In this document: piece by piece, positions 28,001 through 43,100 of the stretch | Numbering within the stretch: the first letter of the stretch is position 1 | Layout of the letters: every line of letters begins with the position of its first letter | Assembly (NCBI GenBank): GCA_964016885.1 | Contig: OZ024740.1 | Span: 96,968,001-97,032,000, forward strand | Length of the DNA stretch: 64,000 nucleotides | Direction of reading: 5' to 3' | DNA from: Eledone cirrhosa | Lineage: Eukaryota | Notes under the pieces: generated by a model | Database searches by the model: none | Seen by the model: the letters and a program-made list of their open reading frames with translations, nothing else | Told to the model about the DNA's origin: nothing | Program-made: the position numbers and the translations under genes

Positions 28001-31000
28001 CTGACGATAGCTAATGAACTTGAAACTAGTACAGCGTTCCTTCGTCATTGTTGAAGAAACGAGCAACGATGGTTGCTAGACACTACGGCTTAATACGGGA
28101 TTTTTGTTCACAAACACACCGAGCATTATAATAAATGTTCGGTGAATCCATACGTACATATATATGTGTGTGCATGTATGTATATAAATATACATACTAC
28201 TGTACGTCCGTATACATATATGTATGTACGTGTACATACTTATATTTAAGTAACAGCCGTACTAAGAGTGGGAAATGAAATTTCGTTTCATTTTTCCGTT
28301 TATCGTTTCGGTCACCCGGCCGATTAACCCACTCTATATGCAAATTGGGCTACTCCGCCGTTAATATGCATAAGGTAAGTATATACGTTCCACAATCTGG
28401 CAGGAAGGTATAGGTTGCTGACTATAGCTAATAAGCTTGAAACTAGTACATCGTTCCTTTGTCAGTGTTAACAAACGAGCAACGATGGTTGCTATACACT
28501 ACGGCTTATTACGGGTTGTTTGTTTACGAACAAACCGAGCATTATAATAAATGTTAAGTGAAACCATACGTACATATATATGTGTGTGCATGTATGTATA
28601 TAAATATACATACTACTGTACGTCAGTAAATATATATGTATGTAAGTATACTTACTTATATTTAAATAACAGCCGTACTAAGAGTGGGAAATGAAATTTA
28701 GTTTCATTTTTTCCGTTTATCGTTTTCGGTGCACCCGGCCGATTATCCCACTCGATATGCAAATTGGGCTACTCAGCCGTTAGTATGCAAAATGTAAGTA
28801 TATACGTTCTACAATCTGGCAGGAAGGTATACGTTGCTGACGATAGCTAATAAGCTTGAAACTAGTACAGCGTTCCTTCGTCAGTGTTGAAGAAACGAGT
28901 TACGATGGTTGCTAGACACCACGGCTTAATACGGGATGTTTGTTTACAAACACACCGAGCATTATAATAAATGTTCGGTGAATCCATACGTACATATATA
29001 TGTGTGTGCATGTATGTATATAAATATACATACTATTGTACGTCTGTATACATATATGTAGGTACGTGTACATACTTATATTTATGTAACAGCCGTACTA
29101 AGAGTGGGAAATGGAATTTCGTTTCATTTTTTCCGTTTATCGTTTTCGGTGCACCCGGCCGATTAACCCACACGATATGCAAATTGGGCTACTCAGCCGT
29201 TAATATGCAAAAGGTAAGTATATACGTTCAACAATCTGGCAGGAACGTATACGTTGCTGACGATAGCTAATAAGGTTGAAACTAGTACAGCGTTCCTTTG
29301 TCAGTGTTGAAGAAACGAGCAACGATGGTTGCTAGACACTACGGCTTAATACGGGATGTTTGTTTCCAAACACACCGAGCATTATAGTAAATGTTCGGTG
29401 AATCCATACGTGCATATATATGTGTGTGCATGTATGTATATAAATATACATACTACTGTACGTCTGTATACATATATATATGTACGTATACTTACTTATA
29501 TTTAAATAACAGCCGTACTAAGGGTGGGAAATGAAATTTCGTTTCATTTTTTCCGTTCATCGTTTTCGGTGCACCCGGCTGATTAACCCACTCAATATGC
29601 AAATTGGGCTACTCAGTCCTTAATATGCATAAGGTAACTATATACGTTCAACAATCTGGCAGGAAGGTATACGTTGCTGACGATAGCTAATAAGCTTGAA
29701 ACAAGTACAGCGTTCCTTCGTCAGTGTTGAAGAAACGAGCAACGATGGTTGCTAGACACCACGGCTTAATACGGGATGTTTGTTTACAAACACACCGAGC
29801 ATTATAATAAATGTTCGGTGAATCCATACGTACATATATATGTGTGTGCATGTATGTATATAAATATTCATACTACTGTACGTCCGTATACATATATGTA
29901 TGTACGTGTACATACTTATATTTAAGTAACAGCCGTACTAAGAGTGGGAAATGAAATTTCGTTTCATTTTTCCGTTTATCTTTTCGGTCACCCGGCCGAT
30001 TAAACCACTCTATATGCAAATTGGGCTACTCAGCCGTTAATATGCATAAGGTAAGTATATACGTTCCACAATCTGGCAGGAAGGTATAGGTTGCTGACTA
30101 TAGCTAATAAGCTTGAAACTAGTACATCGTTCCTTTGTCAGTGTTAACAAACGAGCAACGATGGTTGCTATACACTACGGCTTATTACGGGATGTTTGTT
30201 TACAAACACACCGCGCATTATAATAAATGTTCGGTGAATCCATACGTACATATATATGTGTGTGCATGTATGTATATAAATATACATACTACTGTACGTC
30301 TGTATACATATATGTATGTACGTGTACATACTTATATTTAAGTAACAGCCGTACTAAAGTCGGAAAGGAAATTTCGTTTATTTTTTCCGTTTCACGTTTT
30401 CTGTGCACCCGGCCAAGTAACCCACTCGATATTCAAATTGGGCTACTCAGACGTTAATATGCATAAAGTAAGTATGTACTTTCAACAATCTGGCAGGAAG
30501 GTATACGTTGCTGACGATAGCTAATAAGCTTGAAACTAGTACAGCGTTCCTTTGTCAGTGTTGAACAAACGAGCAACCATGGTTGCTACACTCTACGGTT
30601 AAAACGGGATGTTTGTTTAAAAACACACCGAGCATTATAATAAATGTTCGTTGAATCCATACTTACATATATATGTGTGTGCATGTATGTATATAAATAT
30701 ACATACTACTGTACGTCTGTATACATATATGTATGTACGTGTACATACTTATATTTAAGTAACAGCCGTACTAAGAGTGGGAAATGGAATTTCGTTTCAT
30801 TTTTTCCGTTTATCGTTTTCGGTGCACCCGGCCGATTAACCCATTCGATATGCAAATTGGGCTACTCAGCCGTTAATATGCATAAGGTAAATATATACGT
30901 TCAACAATCTGGCAGTAAGCTATACTTTGCTGACGATAGCTAATAAGCTTGAAATTAGTACAGCGTTCGTTTATCAGTGTTGCACAAACGAGCAACGATG

Positions 31001-34000
31001 GTTGCTATACACTACGGCTTAATACGGGATGTTTGTTTACAAACGCACCGAGCATTATAATAAATGTTCGGTGAATCCATACGTACATATATATGTGTGT
31101 GCGTCTATGTATATAAATATACATACTATTGTACGTCTGTATACATATATGTAGGTACGTGTACATACTTATAGTTATGTAACAGCCGTACTAAGAGTGG
31201 GAAATGGAATTTCGTTTCATTTTTTTTCGTGTATCGTTTTCGGTGCACCCGGCCGATTAACCCACTCGATATGCAAATTGGGCTACTCAGCCTTTAATAT
31301 GCATAAGGTAAGTATATACGTTCAACAATCTGGCAGGAAGGTATATGTGGCACACGATAGCTAGTAAGCTTGTAACTAGTACAGCGTTCCTTTGTCAGTG
31401 TTGAACAAACGAACAACGATGTTTGCTATACACTATGGCTTAATACCGGATGTTTGTTTACAAACACACCGAGCATTATAATAAATGTTCGGTGAATCCA
31501 TACGTACATATATATGTGTGTGCATGTATGTATATAAATAGACATACTACTGTACGGCTGTATACATATATGTATGTACGTGTACATACTTATATTTAAG
31601 TAACAGCCGTACTGAGGGTGGGAAATGAAATTTCGTTTCATTTTTTCCGTTTATCGTTTTCGGTGCACCCGGCCGATTAACCCACTCGACATGCAAATTG
31701 GGCTACTCAGCCGTTAATATACATAAGGTAAGTATATACGTTCAACAATCCGGCGGGAAGGTATACGTTGCTGACGATAGCTAATGAACTTGAAACTAGT
31801 ACAGCGTTCCTTCGTCAGTGTTGAAGAAACGAGCAACGATGGTTGCTAGACACTACGGCTTAATACGGGATGTTTGTTTACAAACACACCGAACATTATA
31901 ATAAATGTTCGGTGAATCCATACGTACATATATATGTGTGTGTATGTATGTATATAAATATACATACTACTGTACGGCTGTATACATATATGTATGTACG
32001 TGTACATATTTATATTTAAGTAACAGCCGTACTAAGTGTGGGAAATGAAATTTCGTTTCATTTTTTCCGTTTATCGTTTTCGGTGCACCCGGCCGATTAA
32101 CCCACTCGATATGCAAATTGGGCTACTGAGCCGTTAATATGCATAAGGTAAGTATATACGTTCCACAATCTGGCATGAAGATATAGGTTGCTGACGATAG
32201 CAAATGAACTTGAAACTAGTACAGCGTTCCTTCGTCAGTGTTGAAGAAACGAGCAACGATGGTTGCTAGACACTACGGCTTATTACGGGATGTTTGTTTA
32301 CAAACACACCGAGCATTATAATAAATGTTCGGTGAATCCATACGTACATATATATGTGTGTGCATGTATGTATATAAATATACATACTATTCTACGTCTG
32401 TATACATATATGTATGTACGTGTACATACTTATATTTAAGTAACAGCCGTACTAAGAGTGGGAAATGGAATTTCGTTTCATTTTTTCCGTTTATCGTTTT
32501 CGGTGCACCCGGCCGATTAGCCCACTCGATATGCAAATTGGGCTGCCCAGCCGTTAATATGCATAAGGTAAGTATATACGTTCAACAATCTGGTAGGAAG
32601 GTATATGTTGCTCACGATAACTAATAAGCTTTTAACTAGTACAGCGTTCCTTTGTCAGTGTTGAACAAACGAGCTACGATGTTTGCTATACACTATGGCT
32701 TAATACCGGATGTTTGTTTACAAACACACCGAGCATTATAATAAATGTTCGGTGAATCCATACGTACATATATATGTGGTTGCATGTATGTATATAAATG
32801 TACATACTACTGTACGTCTGTATACATATATGTATGTACCTGTACATACTTATATATAAGTAACAGCCGTACTAAGAGTAGGATATGGAATTTCGTTTTA
32901 TTTTTTTCGCTTATCGTTTTCGGTGAACCCATCAGATTAACCCACTCGATATGCAAATTAGGCTACTCAACCGTTAATATGCATAAAGTAAGTATATACT
33001 TTCAACACTCTGGCAGGAAGGTATACGTTGCTCACTATAGCTAATACGCTTGAAACTAGTACAGCGTTCCTTTGTCAGTGTTGAAGAAACGAGAAGGATG
33101 GTTGCTAGACACTACGGATTAATAATGGATGTTTGTTTACAAACACACCGAGCATTATAATAAATGTTCGGTGAATCCATTCGTACGTATATATGTGTGT
33201 GCATGTATGTATATATATATACATACTACTGTACGTCTGTATACATATATGTATGTACGTGTACATACTTATATTTAAGTAACAGCCGTACTAAGAGTGG
33301 GAAATGAAATTTCGTTTCATTTTTTCCGTTTATCGTTTTCGGTGCACCCGGCCTTTAACCCACTCTATATGCAAATTGGGCTACTCAGCCATTACTATGC
33401 ATAAGGTAAATATTTACGTTCAACAATCTGGCAATAAGTTATACGTTGCTGACGATAGCTAATAAGCTTGAAATTAGTACAGCGTTCCTTTGTCAGTGTT
33501 GAACAAACGAGCAACGATGGTTGCTATCCACTACGGCTTAATACGGGATGTTTGTTTGCAAACACACCGTGTATTATAATAAATGTTCGGTGAAACCATA
33601 CGTACATATATATGTGTGTGCATGTATGTATATAAATATACATACTACTGTACGTCTGTATACATATATGTATGTACGTGTACATACTTATATTTAAGTA
33701 ACAGCCGTACTAAGAGTGGGAAATGAAATTTCGTTTCATTTTTTCCGTTTATCCTTTTCGGTGCACCCGGCCGATTAACCCACTCGGTATGCAAATTGGG
33801 CTACTCAGCCGTTAACATGCATAAAGTAAGTATATACTTTCAACACTCTGGCAGGAAGGTATACGTTGCTCACTATAGCTAATACGCTTGAAACTAGTAC
33901 AGCGTTCCTTTGTCAGTGTTGAAGAAACGAGAAGGATGGTTGCTAGACACTACGGATTAATAATGGATGTTTGTTTACAAACACACCGAGCATTATAATA

Positions 34001-37000
34001 AATGTTCGGTGAATCCATTCGTACGTATATATGTGTGTGCATGTATGTATATAGATATACATACTACTGTACGTTTGTATACATATATGTATGTACGTTT
34101 ACTTATTTATATTTAAATAACAGCCGTACTAATAGTGGGAAATGAAATTTCGCTTCATTTTTTTCCGTGTATCGTTTTCGGTGATCCCGTCAGATTAACC
34201 CACTCGATATGCAAATTGGGCTACTCAACCGTTAATATGCATACGGTAAGTATATACGTCCAACAATCTGGCAGGAAGGTATATGTTGCTGACGATAGCT
34301 AATAAGCTTGAAACTAGTACAGCGTTCCTTTGTCAGTGTTGAAGAAACGAGCAACAATGGTTGCTAGACACTACGGCTTAATACGGGATGTTTGTTTCCA
34401 AACACACCGTGCATTATAATAAATGTTCGGTGAAACCATACGTACATATATATGTGTGTGCATGTATGCATAAAAATATACATACTACTTAACATCTGTA
34501 TACATATATGTATGTACGTATACTTAGTTATATTTAAATAACAGCCGTACTAAGAGTGGGAAATGAAATTTCGTTTCAATTTTTTCCCTTCATCGTTTTC
34601 GGTGCACCCGGCTGATTACCCCACTCGATATGCAAATGTGGCTACTCAGCCGTTAATATGCAAAAGGTAAGTATATACGTTCAACAATCTGGCAGGAAGG
34701 TATACGTTGCTGACGATAGCTAATATGCTTTAAATTAGTACAGCGTTCCTTTGTCAGTGTTGAAGAAACGAGCAACGATGGTTGCTAGTCACTACGGCTT
34801 AATACGGGATGTTTGTTTACAAACACATGTTCGGTGAATCCATACGTACATATATATGTGCGTGCATGTATGTATATAAATATACATACTATTGTACGTT
34901 TGTATACATATATGTATGTACGTGTACATACTTATATTTAGGTAACAGCCGTACTAAGAGTGGGAAATGAAATTTCGTTTCATTTTTTCCGTTTATCGTT
35001 TTCGGTGCACCCGGCCGATTAACCCACTCGATATGCAAATTGGGCTACTCAGCCGTTAATATGCTTAAAGTAAGTATATACGTTCAAAACTCTGGCAGGA
35101 AGGTATATGTTGCTGACTATAGCTAATACGCTTGAAACTAGGACAGCGTTCCTTTGTCAGTGTTGAAGAAACGAGAAGGATGGTTGCTAGACACTACGGA
35201 TTAATACGGGATGTTTGTTTACAAACACACAGAGCATTATATTAAATGTTCGGTGAATCCATACGTACCTATATATGTGTGTGCATGTATGTATATAAAT
35301 ATACTTACTACTGTACGTCTGTATACATATATGTATGTACGTTTACTTATTTATATTTAAATAACAGCCGTACTAAGAGTGGGAAATGAAATTTCCTTCT
35401 ACTTATTCCGTTAATCGTTTTTGGTGCACCCGGCCGATTAACCCACTCGATATGCAAATTGGCCTACTCAGCCGTTAATATGCAAAATGTAAGTATATAC
35501 GTTCCACAATCTGGCAGGAAGGTATACGTTGCTGACGATAGCTAATAAGCTTGAAACTAGTACAGCGTTCCTTTGGCAGTGTTGAACAAACGAGCAACGA
35601 TGGTTGCTAGACACTACGGCTTAATACGGGATGTTTGTTTACAGAGACACCGACTATTATAATAAGTGTTCGGTGAATCCATACGTGCAGATATATGTGT
35701 GTGCATGTATGTATATAAATATACATACTACTGCACTGCTGTATACATATATATATGTACGTGTACATACTTATATTTAAGTAACAACCGTACTAAGAGT
35801 GGGAAATGGAATTTCGTTTCATTTTTACCGTTTATCGTGTTCGGTGCACCCGGCTGATTAGCCCACTCGATATGCAAATTGGGCTACTCGGCCGTTAATA
35901 TGCATAAGTAAGTATATACGTTCAACAATCTGGTAGGAAGGTATATGTTGCTCACGATAGCTAATAGGCTTGCAACTAGTACGGCGTTCCTTTGTCAGTG
36001 TTGAACAAACGAGCAACGATGTTTGCTATACACTATGGTTTAATACCGGATGTTTGTTTACAAACACATGTTCGGTGAATCCATACGTACATATATATGT
36101 GCGTGCATGTATGTATATAAATATACATATTATTGTACGTCTGTATACATATATGTATGTACGTGTAAATACTTATATTTAAGTAACAGCCGTACTAAGA
36201 GTGGGAAATGAAATGTCGTTTCATTTTTTTCCGTGTATCGTTTTCCGTGCACCCGGCCGATTAACCCACTCGATATGCAAATTGGGCTACTCAGCCGTTA
36301 ATATGCATACGGTAAGTATATACGTTCAACAATCTGGCAGGAAGGTATATGTGGCTCACGATATCTAATAAGCTTGTAACTAGTACATCGTTCCTTTGTC
36401 AGTGTTGAACAAACGAGGAACGATGTTTGCTATACACTACGGATTAATACGGGATGTTTGTTTACAAACACACCGAGCATTATGTTAAATGTTCGGTGAA
36501 TCCATACGTACATATATATGTGTGTGCATGTATGTATATAAATATACATACTACTGTACGGCTGTATACATATATGTATGTACGTGTACATATTTATATT
36601 TAAATAACAGCCGTACTAAGAGTGGGAACTGAAATTTCGTTTCATTTTTTCCGTTTATCGTTTTCGGTGCACCCAGCTGATTAACCCACTCGATATGCAA
36701 ATTGGGCTACTCAGCCGTTAATATGCATAAGGTAAGTATATACGTTCCACAATCTGGCATGAAAATATATGTTGCTGACTATAGCTAAAAAGCTTGAAAC
36801 TAGTACAGCGTTCCTTTGTCAGTGTTGAAGAAACGAGCAACGATGGTTGCTAGACACTACGGCTTAATACGGGATGTTTGTTTACAAACACACCGAGCAT
36901 TATAATAAATGATCGGTAAATCCATACGTACATATATATGTGGTTGCATGTATGTATATAAATTTACATACTACTGTACGTATGTATACATATATGTATG

Positions 37001-40000
37001 TACGTGTACATACTTATATTTAAGTAACAGCCATACTAAGAGTGGGAAATGAAATTTCGTTTCATTTTTTCCGTTTATCGTTTTCGGTGCACCCGGCCGA
37101 TTAACCCACTCGATATCCAAATTGGGCTACTCAGCTGTTAATATTCATAAAGTAAGTATATACTTTCAACAATCTGGCAGGAAGGTATACGTTGCTGACG
37201 ATATCTAATAAGCTTGAAACTAGTACAGCGTTCCTTTGGCAGTGTTGAAGAAACGAGTAACGATGGTTGCTAGACACTACGGCTTAATACGGGATGTTTG
37301 TTTACAAACACACCGATTATTATAATAAGTGTTCGGTGAATCCATACGTGCATATATATGTGTGTGCATGTATGTATATAAATATACATACTACTGTACG
37401 TCTGTATACATATATGTATGTACGTATACTTACTTATATTTAAATAACAGCCGTACTAAGCGTGGGAAATGAAATTTCGTTTCATTTTTTCCGTTTATCG
37501 TTTTCGGTGCACCCGGCCGATTAACCCACACGATATGCAAATTGGGCTACTCAGCCGTTAATATGCAAAAGGTAAGTATATACGTTCAACAATCTGGCAG
37601 GAAGGTATATTTTGCTGACGATAGCTAATAAGCTTGAAACTAGTACAGCGTTCCTTTGTCAGTGTTGAAGAAACGAGCAAAGATGGTTGCTAGACACTAC
37701 GGCTTAATACGGGATGTTTGTTTACAAACACATGTTCGGTGAATCCATACGTACATATATATGTGCGTGCATGTATGTATATAGATATACATATTATTGT
37801 ACGTCTGTATACATATATGTATGTACGTGTAAATACTTATATTTAAGTAACAGCCGTACTAAGAGTGGGAAATTAAATTTCGTTTCATTTTTTCCGTTTA
37901 TCGATTTCGGTGCACCCGGCCGATTAACCCACTCGATATGCAAATTGGGCTACTCAGCCGTTAATATGCATAAAGTAAGTATATACTTTCAACAATCTGG
38001 CAGTATGGTATACGTTGCTGACGATAGCTAATAAGCTTGAAACTAGTACAGCGTTCCTTCGTCAATGTTGAAGAAACGAGCAACGATGGTTGCTAGACAC
38101 TACGGCTTAATACGGGATGTTTGTTTACAAAAACACCGAGCATTATAATAAATGTTCGGTGAATCCATACGTACATATATATGTGTGTGCATGTATGTAT
38201 ATAAATATATATACTATTGTACGTCTGTATACATTTATGTATGTACGTGTACATACTTATATATAAGTAACAGCCGTACTAAGAGTGGGAATAGAATTTC
38301 GTTTTATTTTTTCCGCTTCTCGTTTTCGGTGCACCCGTCAGATTAACCCACTCGATATGCAAATTGGGCTACTCAACAGTTAATATGTATACGGTAATTA
38401 TATACGTCCAACAATCTGGCAGGAAGGTATATGTTGCTGACGATAGCTAATAAGCTTGAAACTAGTACAGCGTTCCTTTGTCAGTGTTGAAGAAACGAGC
38501 AACGATGGTTGCTAGACACTACGGCTTAATACGGGATGTTTGTTTCCCAACACACCGTGCATTATAATAAATGTTCGGTGAAACCATACGTACATATATA
38601 TGTGCGTGCATGTATGCATATAAATATACATACTACTGTACGTCTAAATACATATATGTATGTACGTGTACATACTTATATTTAAGTAACAGCCGTACTA
38701 AGAGTGGGAAATGAAATTTAGTTTCATTTTTTCCGTTTATCGTTTTCGGTGCACCCAGCCGATTAACCCACTCGATATTCAAATTGGGCTACTCAGCCGT
38801 TAATATGCATAAGCTAAGTATATACGTTCAACAATCTGGCAGGAAGGTATATGTTGCTCACGATAGCTAATAAGCTTGAAACTAGTACAGCGTTCCTTTG
38901 TCAGTGTCGAATAAACGAGCAACGATGTTTGCTATACACTATGGCTTAATACCGGATGTTTGTTTACAAACACACCGAGCATTATAATAAATGTTCGGTG
39001 AATCCATACGTACATATATATATGTGTGCATGTATGTATATATATTATACATACTACTGTACGGCTGCATACATATATGTATGTACGTGTACATACTTAT
39101 ATTAAAATAACAGCCGTACTAAGAGTGGGAAATTGAATTTCGTTTCATTCTATCCGTGTATCGTTTTCGGGGCACCCGGCCGATTAACACACTCGATATG
39201 CAAATTGGGCTACTCAGCCGTTAATAAGCCTAAGGTAATTATATACGTTCAACAATCTGGCATGAATGTATACGTTGCTGACGATAGCTAATAAGCTTGA
39301 AACTTGTACAGCGTTCCTTTTTCAGTGTTGAACTAACGAGCAACGATGGTTGCTAGACACTACGGCTTAATACGGCATGTTTATTTACAAACACCCCGAG
39401 AATTATAATAAATGTTCGGTGAATCCATACGTACATATATATGTGTGTGCATGTATGTATATAAATATTCGTACTACTGTACGTCTGTATACATATATGT
39501 ATGTACGTGTACATATTTATATTTAAGTAACAGCCGTACTAAGAGTGGGAAATGAAATTTCGTTTAATTTTTTCCGTTTACTGTTTCCGGTGCACCCGGC
39601 CGATTAACCCACTCGATATGCAAATTGGGCTACTCAGTCGTTAATATGCATAAAGTAAGTTTATACGTTCAACAATCTGGCAGGAAGGTATACGTTGCTG
39701 ACGATAGCTAATAAACTTGAAACTAGTACAGCGTTCCTTTGTCAGTGTTGAACAAACGAGCAACGATGTTTGCTCAAAACTACGGCTTAATACCGGATGT
39801 TTGTTTACAAACACACCGAGCATTATAATAAATGTTCGGTGAATCCATACGTACATATATATGTACGTGCATGTATGTATATAAATATACATACTACTGT
39901 ACGGCTGTATACATATATGTATGTACGAGTACATATATATATTTAAGTAACAGCCGTACTAAGAGTGGGAAATGAAATTTCGTTTCATTTTTTCCGTTTA

Positions 40001-40086
40001 TCCTTTTCGGTGCACCCGGCCGATTAACCCACTCGATATGCAAATTGGGCTACTCAGACGTTAATATGCAAAAGGTAAGTATATAC

Positions 40087-40173
40087 GTTCAACAATCTGG
40101 CAGGAAGGTATACGTTGCTGACGATAGCTAATAAGCTTGAAACTAGTACAGCGTTCCTTTGTCAGTGTTGAAC
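40087..40173 (+). ncRNA. Representative consensus satellite hammerhead with extended stem I
   Basis: gttcaaca-at-ctggca-gg-aagg-tat-acgttg [CTGACGA t agct aata agct t GAAAC ta GTA] cagcgt-t-cctt-tgtcag-tgttgaac. Confidence 0.88.
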
Positions 40174-43100
40174 AAACGAGCAACAATGGTTGCTAGACAC
40201 TACGGCTTAATACGGGATGCTTGTTTACAAAGACACCGATTATTACAGTAAGTGTTCGGTCAATCCATACATGCAGATATATGTGTGTGCATGTATGTAT
40301 ATAAATATACATACTACTGTACGCCTGTATACATATATGTATGTACGTATACTTACTTAAATTTAAATAACGGCCGTACTAAGAGTGAGAAATGAAATTT
40401 CGTTTCATTTTTTCCGATTATCGTTTTCGGTGCACCCGGCCGATTAACCCACTCGATATGCAAATTGGGCTACTCAGCCGTTAATATGCAAGAGGTAAGT
40501 ATATACGTTCAACAATCCGGCAGGAAGGTATATGTTGCTGACGATAGCTAATAAGCTTGAAACTAGTACAGCGTTCCTTTGTCAGTGTTGAACAAACGAG
40601 CAACGATGTTTGCAATACGCTATGGCTTAATACGGGATGTTTGTTTACAAACACACCGAGCATTATAATAAATGTTCGGTGAAACCATACGTACATATAT
40701 ATGTACGTGCATGTATGCATATCAATATACATACTACTGTACGTCTGTATACATATATGTATGTACGTATACTTACTTATATTTAAATAACAGCCGTACT
40801 AAGAGTGGGAAATGAAATTTCGTTTCATTTTTTCAGTTCATCATTTTCGGTGCACCCGGCTGATGAACCCACTCGATATGCAAATTGGGCTACTCAGTCC
40901 TTAATATGCATAAGGTAACTATATACGTTCAACAATCTGGCAGGAAGGTATATGTTGCTCACGATAGCTAATAAGCTTTAACTAGTACAGCGTTCCTTTG
41001 TCAGTGTTGAACAAAAGAACAACGATGTTTGCTATACACTATATCTTAATACCGGATGTTTGTTAACAAACACACCGAGCCTTATAATAAATGTTCGGTG
41101 AATCCATACGTACATATGTATGTGTGTGCATGTATGTATATAAATATACATACTACTGTACGGCTGTATACATATATGTATGTACGTGTACATATATATA
41201 TTTAAGAAACAGCCGTACTAAGAGTGGGAAATGAAATTTCGTTTCATTTTTTCCATTTATCCTTTTCGGTGCACCCGGCCGATTAACCCACTCGATATGC
41301 AAATGGGGCTACTCAGACGTTAATATGCAAAAGGTAAGTATATACGTTCAACAATCTGGCAGGAAGGTATACGTTGCTGACGATAGCTAATAAGCTTGAA
41401 ACTAGTACAACGTTCCTTTGTCATTGTTGAACAAACGAGCAACGATGTTTGTTATACGCTATGACTTAATATGGGATGTTTGTTTACAAAGACACCGATT
41501 ATTATAATAAGTGTTCGGTGAATCCATACATGCAGATATATGTGTGTGCATGTATGTATATAAATATACATACTACTGTACGTATGTATACATATATGTA
41601 TGTACGTATACTTACTTAAATTTAAATAACGGCCCTACTAAGAGTGAGAAATGAAATTTCGTTTCATTTTTTCCGTTTATCGTTTTCGGTGCACCCGGCC
41701 GATTAACCCACTCGATATGCAAATTGGGCTACTCAGCCGTTAATATGCAAGAGGTAAGTATATACGTTCAACAATCTAGCAGGAAGGTATATGTTGTGAA
41801 CGATAGCTAATAAGCTTGTAACTAGTACAGCGTTCCTTTGTCAGTGTTGAAGAAACGAGCAACGATGTTTGCTATACACTATGGCTTAATACCGGATGTT
41901 TGTTTACAAACACACCGAGCATTATAATAAATGTTCGGTGAATCCATACGTACATATATATACGTGTGCATGTATGTATATATAAATATACATACTACTG
42001 TACGGCTGTATACATATATGTATGTACGTGTACATATATATATATTTAAGTAACAGCCGTACTAAGAGTGGGAAATGAAATTTCGTTTCCTTTTTTCAGT
42101 TTATCGTTTTCGGTGCACCCGGCCGATTAACCCACTCGATATGCAAATTGGGCTACTCGGTCGTTAATACGAATAAAGTAATTCTATACGTTCAACAATC
42201 TGGCAGGAATGTATACGTTGCTCACGATAGCTAATAAGCTTGAAACTAGTACAGCGTTCCTTTGTCAGTGTTGAACAAACGAGCAACGATGTTTGCTAGA
42301 CACTACGGCTTAATACGGGATGTTTGTTTACAAACACACCGAGCATTATAATAAATGTTCGGTGAATCCATACGTACATATATATGTGGTTGCATGTATG
42401 TATATAAATTTACATACTACTGTACGTCTGTATACATATATGTATGTATATGTACATACTTATATATAAGTAACAGCCATACTAAGAGTGGGAATGGAAT
42501 TTCGTTTTATTTTTTCCGCTTATCGTTTTCTGTGCACCCGTCAGATTAACCTACTCGATATGCAAATTGGGCTACTCAACCGTTAATATACATACGGTAA
42601 GTATATACGTCCAACAATCTGGCAGGAAGGTATACGTTGCTGACGATAGCTAATAAGCTTGAAACTAGTACAGCGTTCCTTTGTCAGTGTTGAAGAAACG
42701 AGCAACGATGGTTGCTAGACACTACGGCTTAATACGGGATGTTTGTTTCCAAACACACCGTGCATTATAATAAATGTACGGTGAAACCATACGTACATAT
42801 ATATGTGCGTGCATGTATGCATATAAATATACATACTACTGTACGTCTAAAGACATATATGTATGTACGTGTACATACTTATATTTAAGTAACAGCCGTA
42901 CTAAGAGTGGGAAATGAAATTTAGTTTCATTTTTTCCGTTTATCGTTTTCGGTGCACCCGGCCGATTAACCCACTCGATATTCAAATTGGGCTACTCAGC
43001 CGTTAATATGCATAAGTTAAGTATATACGTTCAACAATCTGGCAGGAAGGTATATGTTGCTCACGATAGCTAATAAGCTTGTAACTAGTACAGCGTTCCT

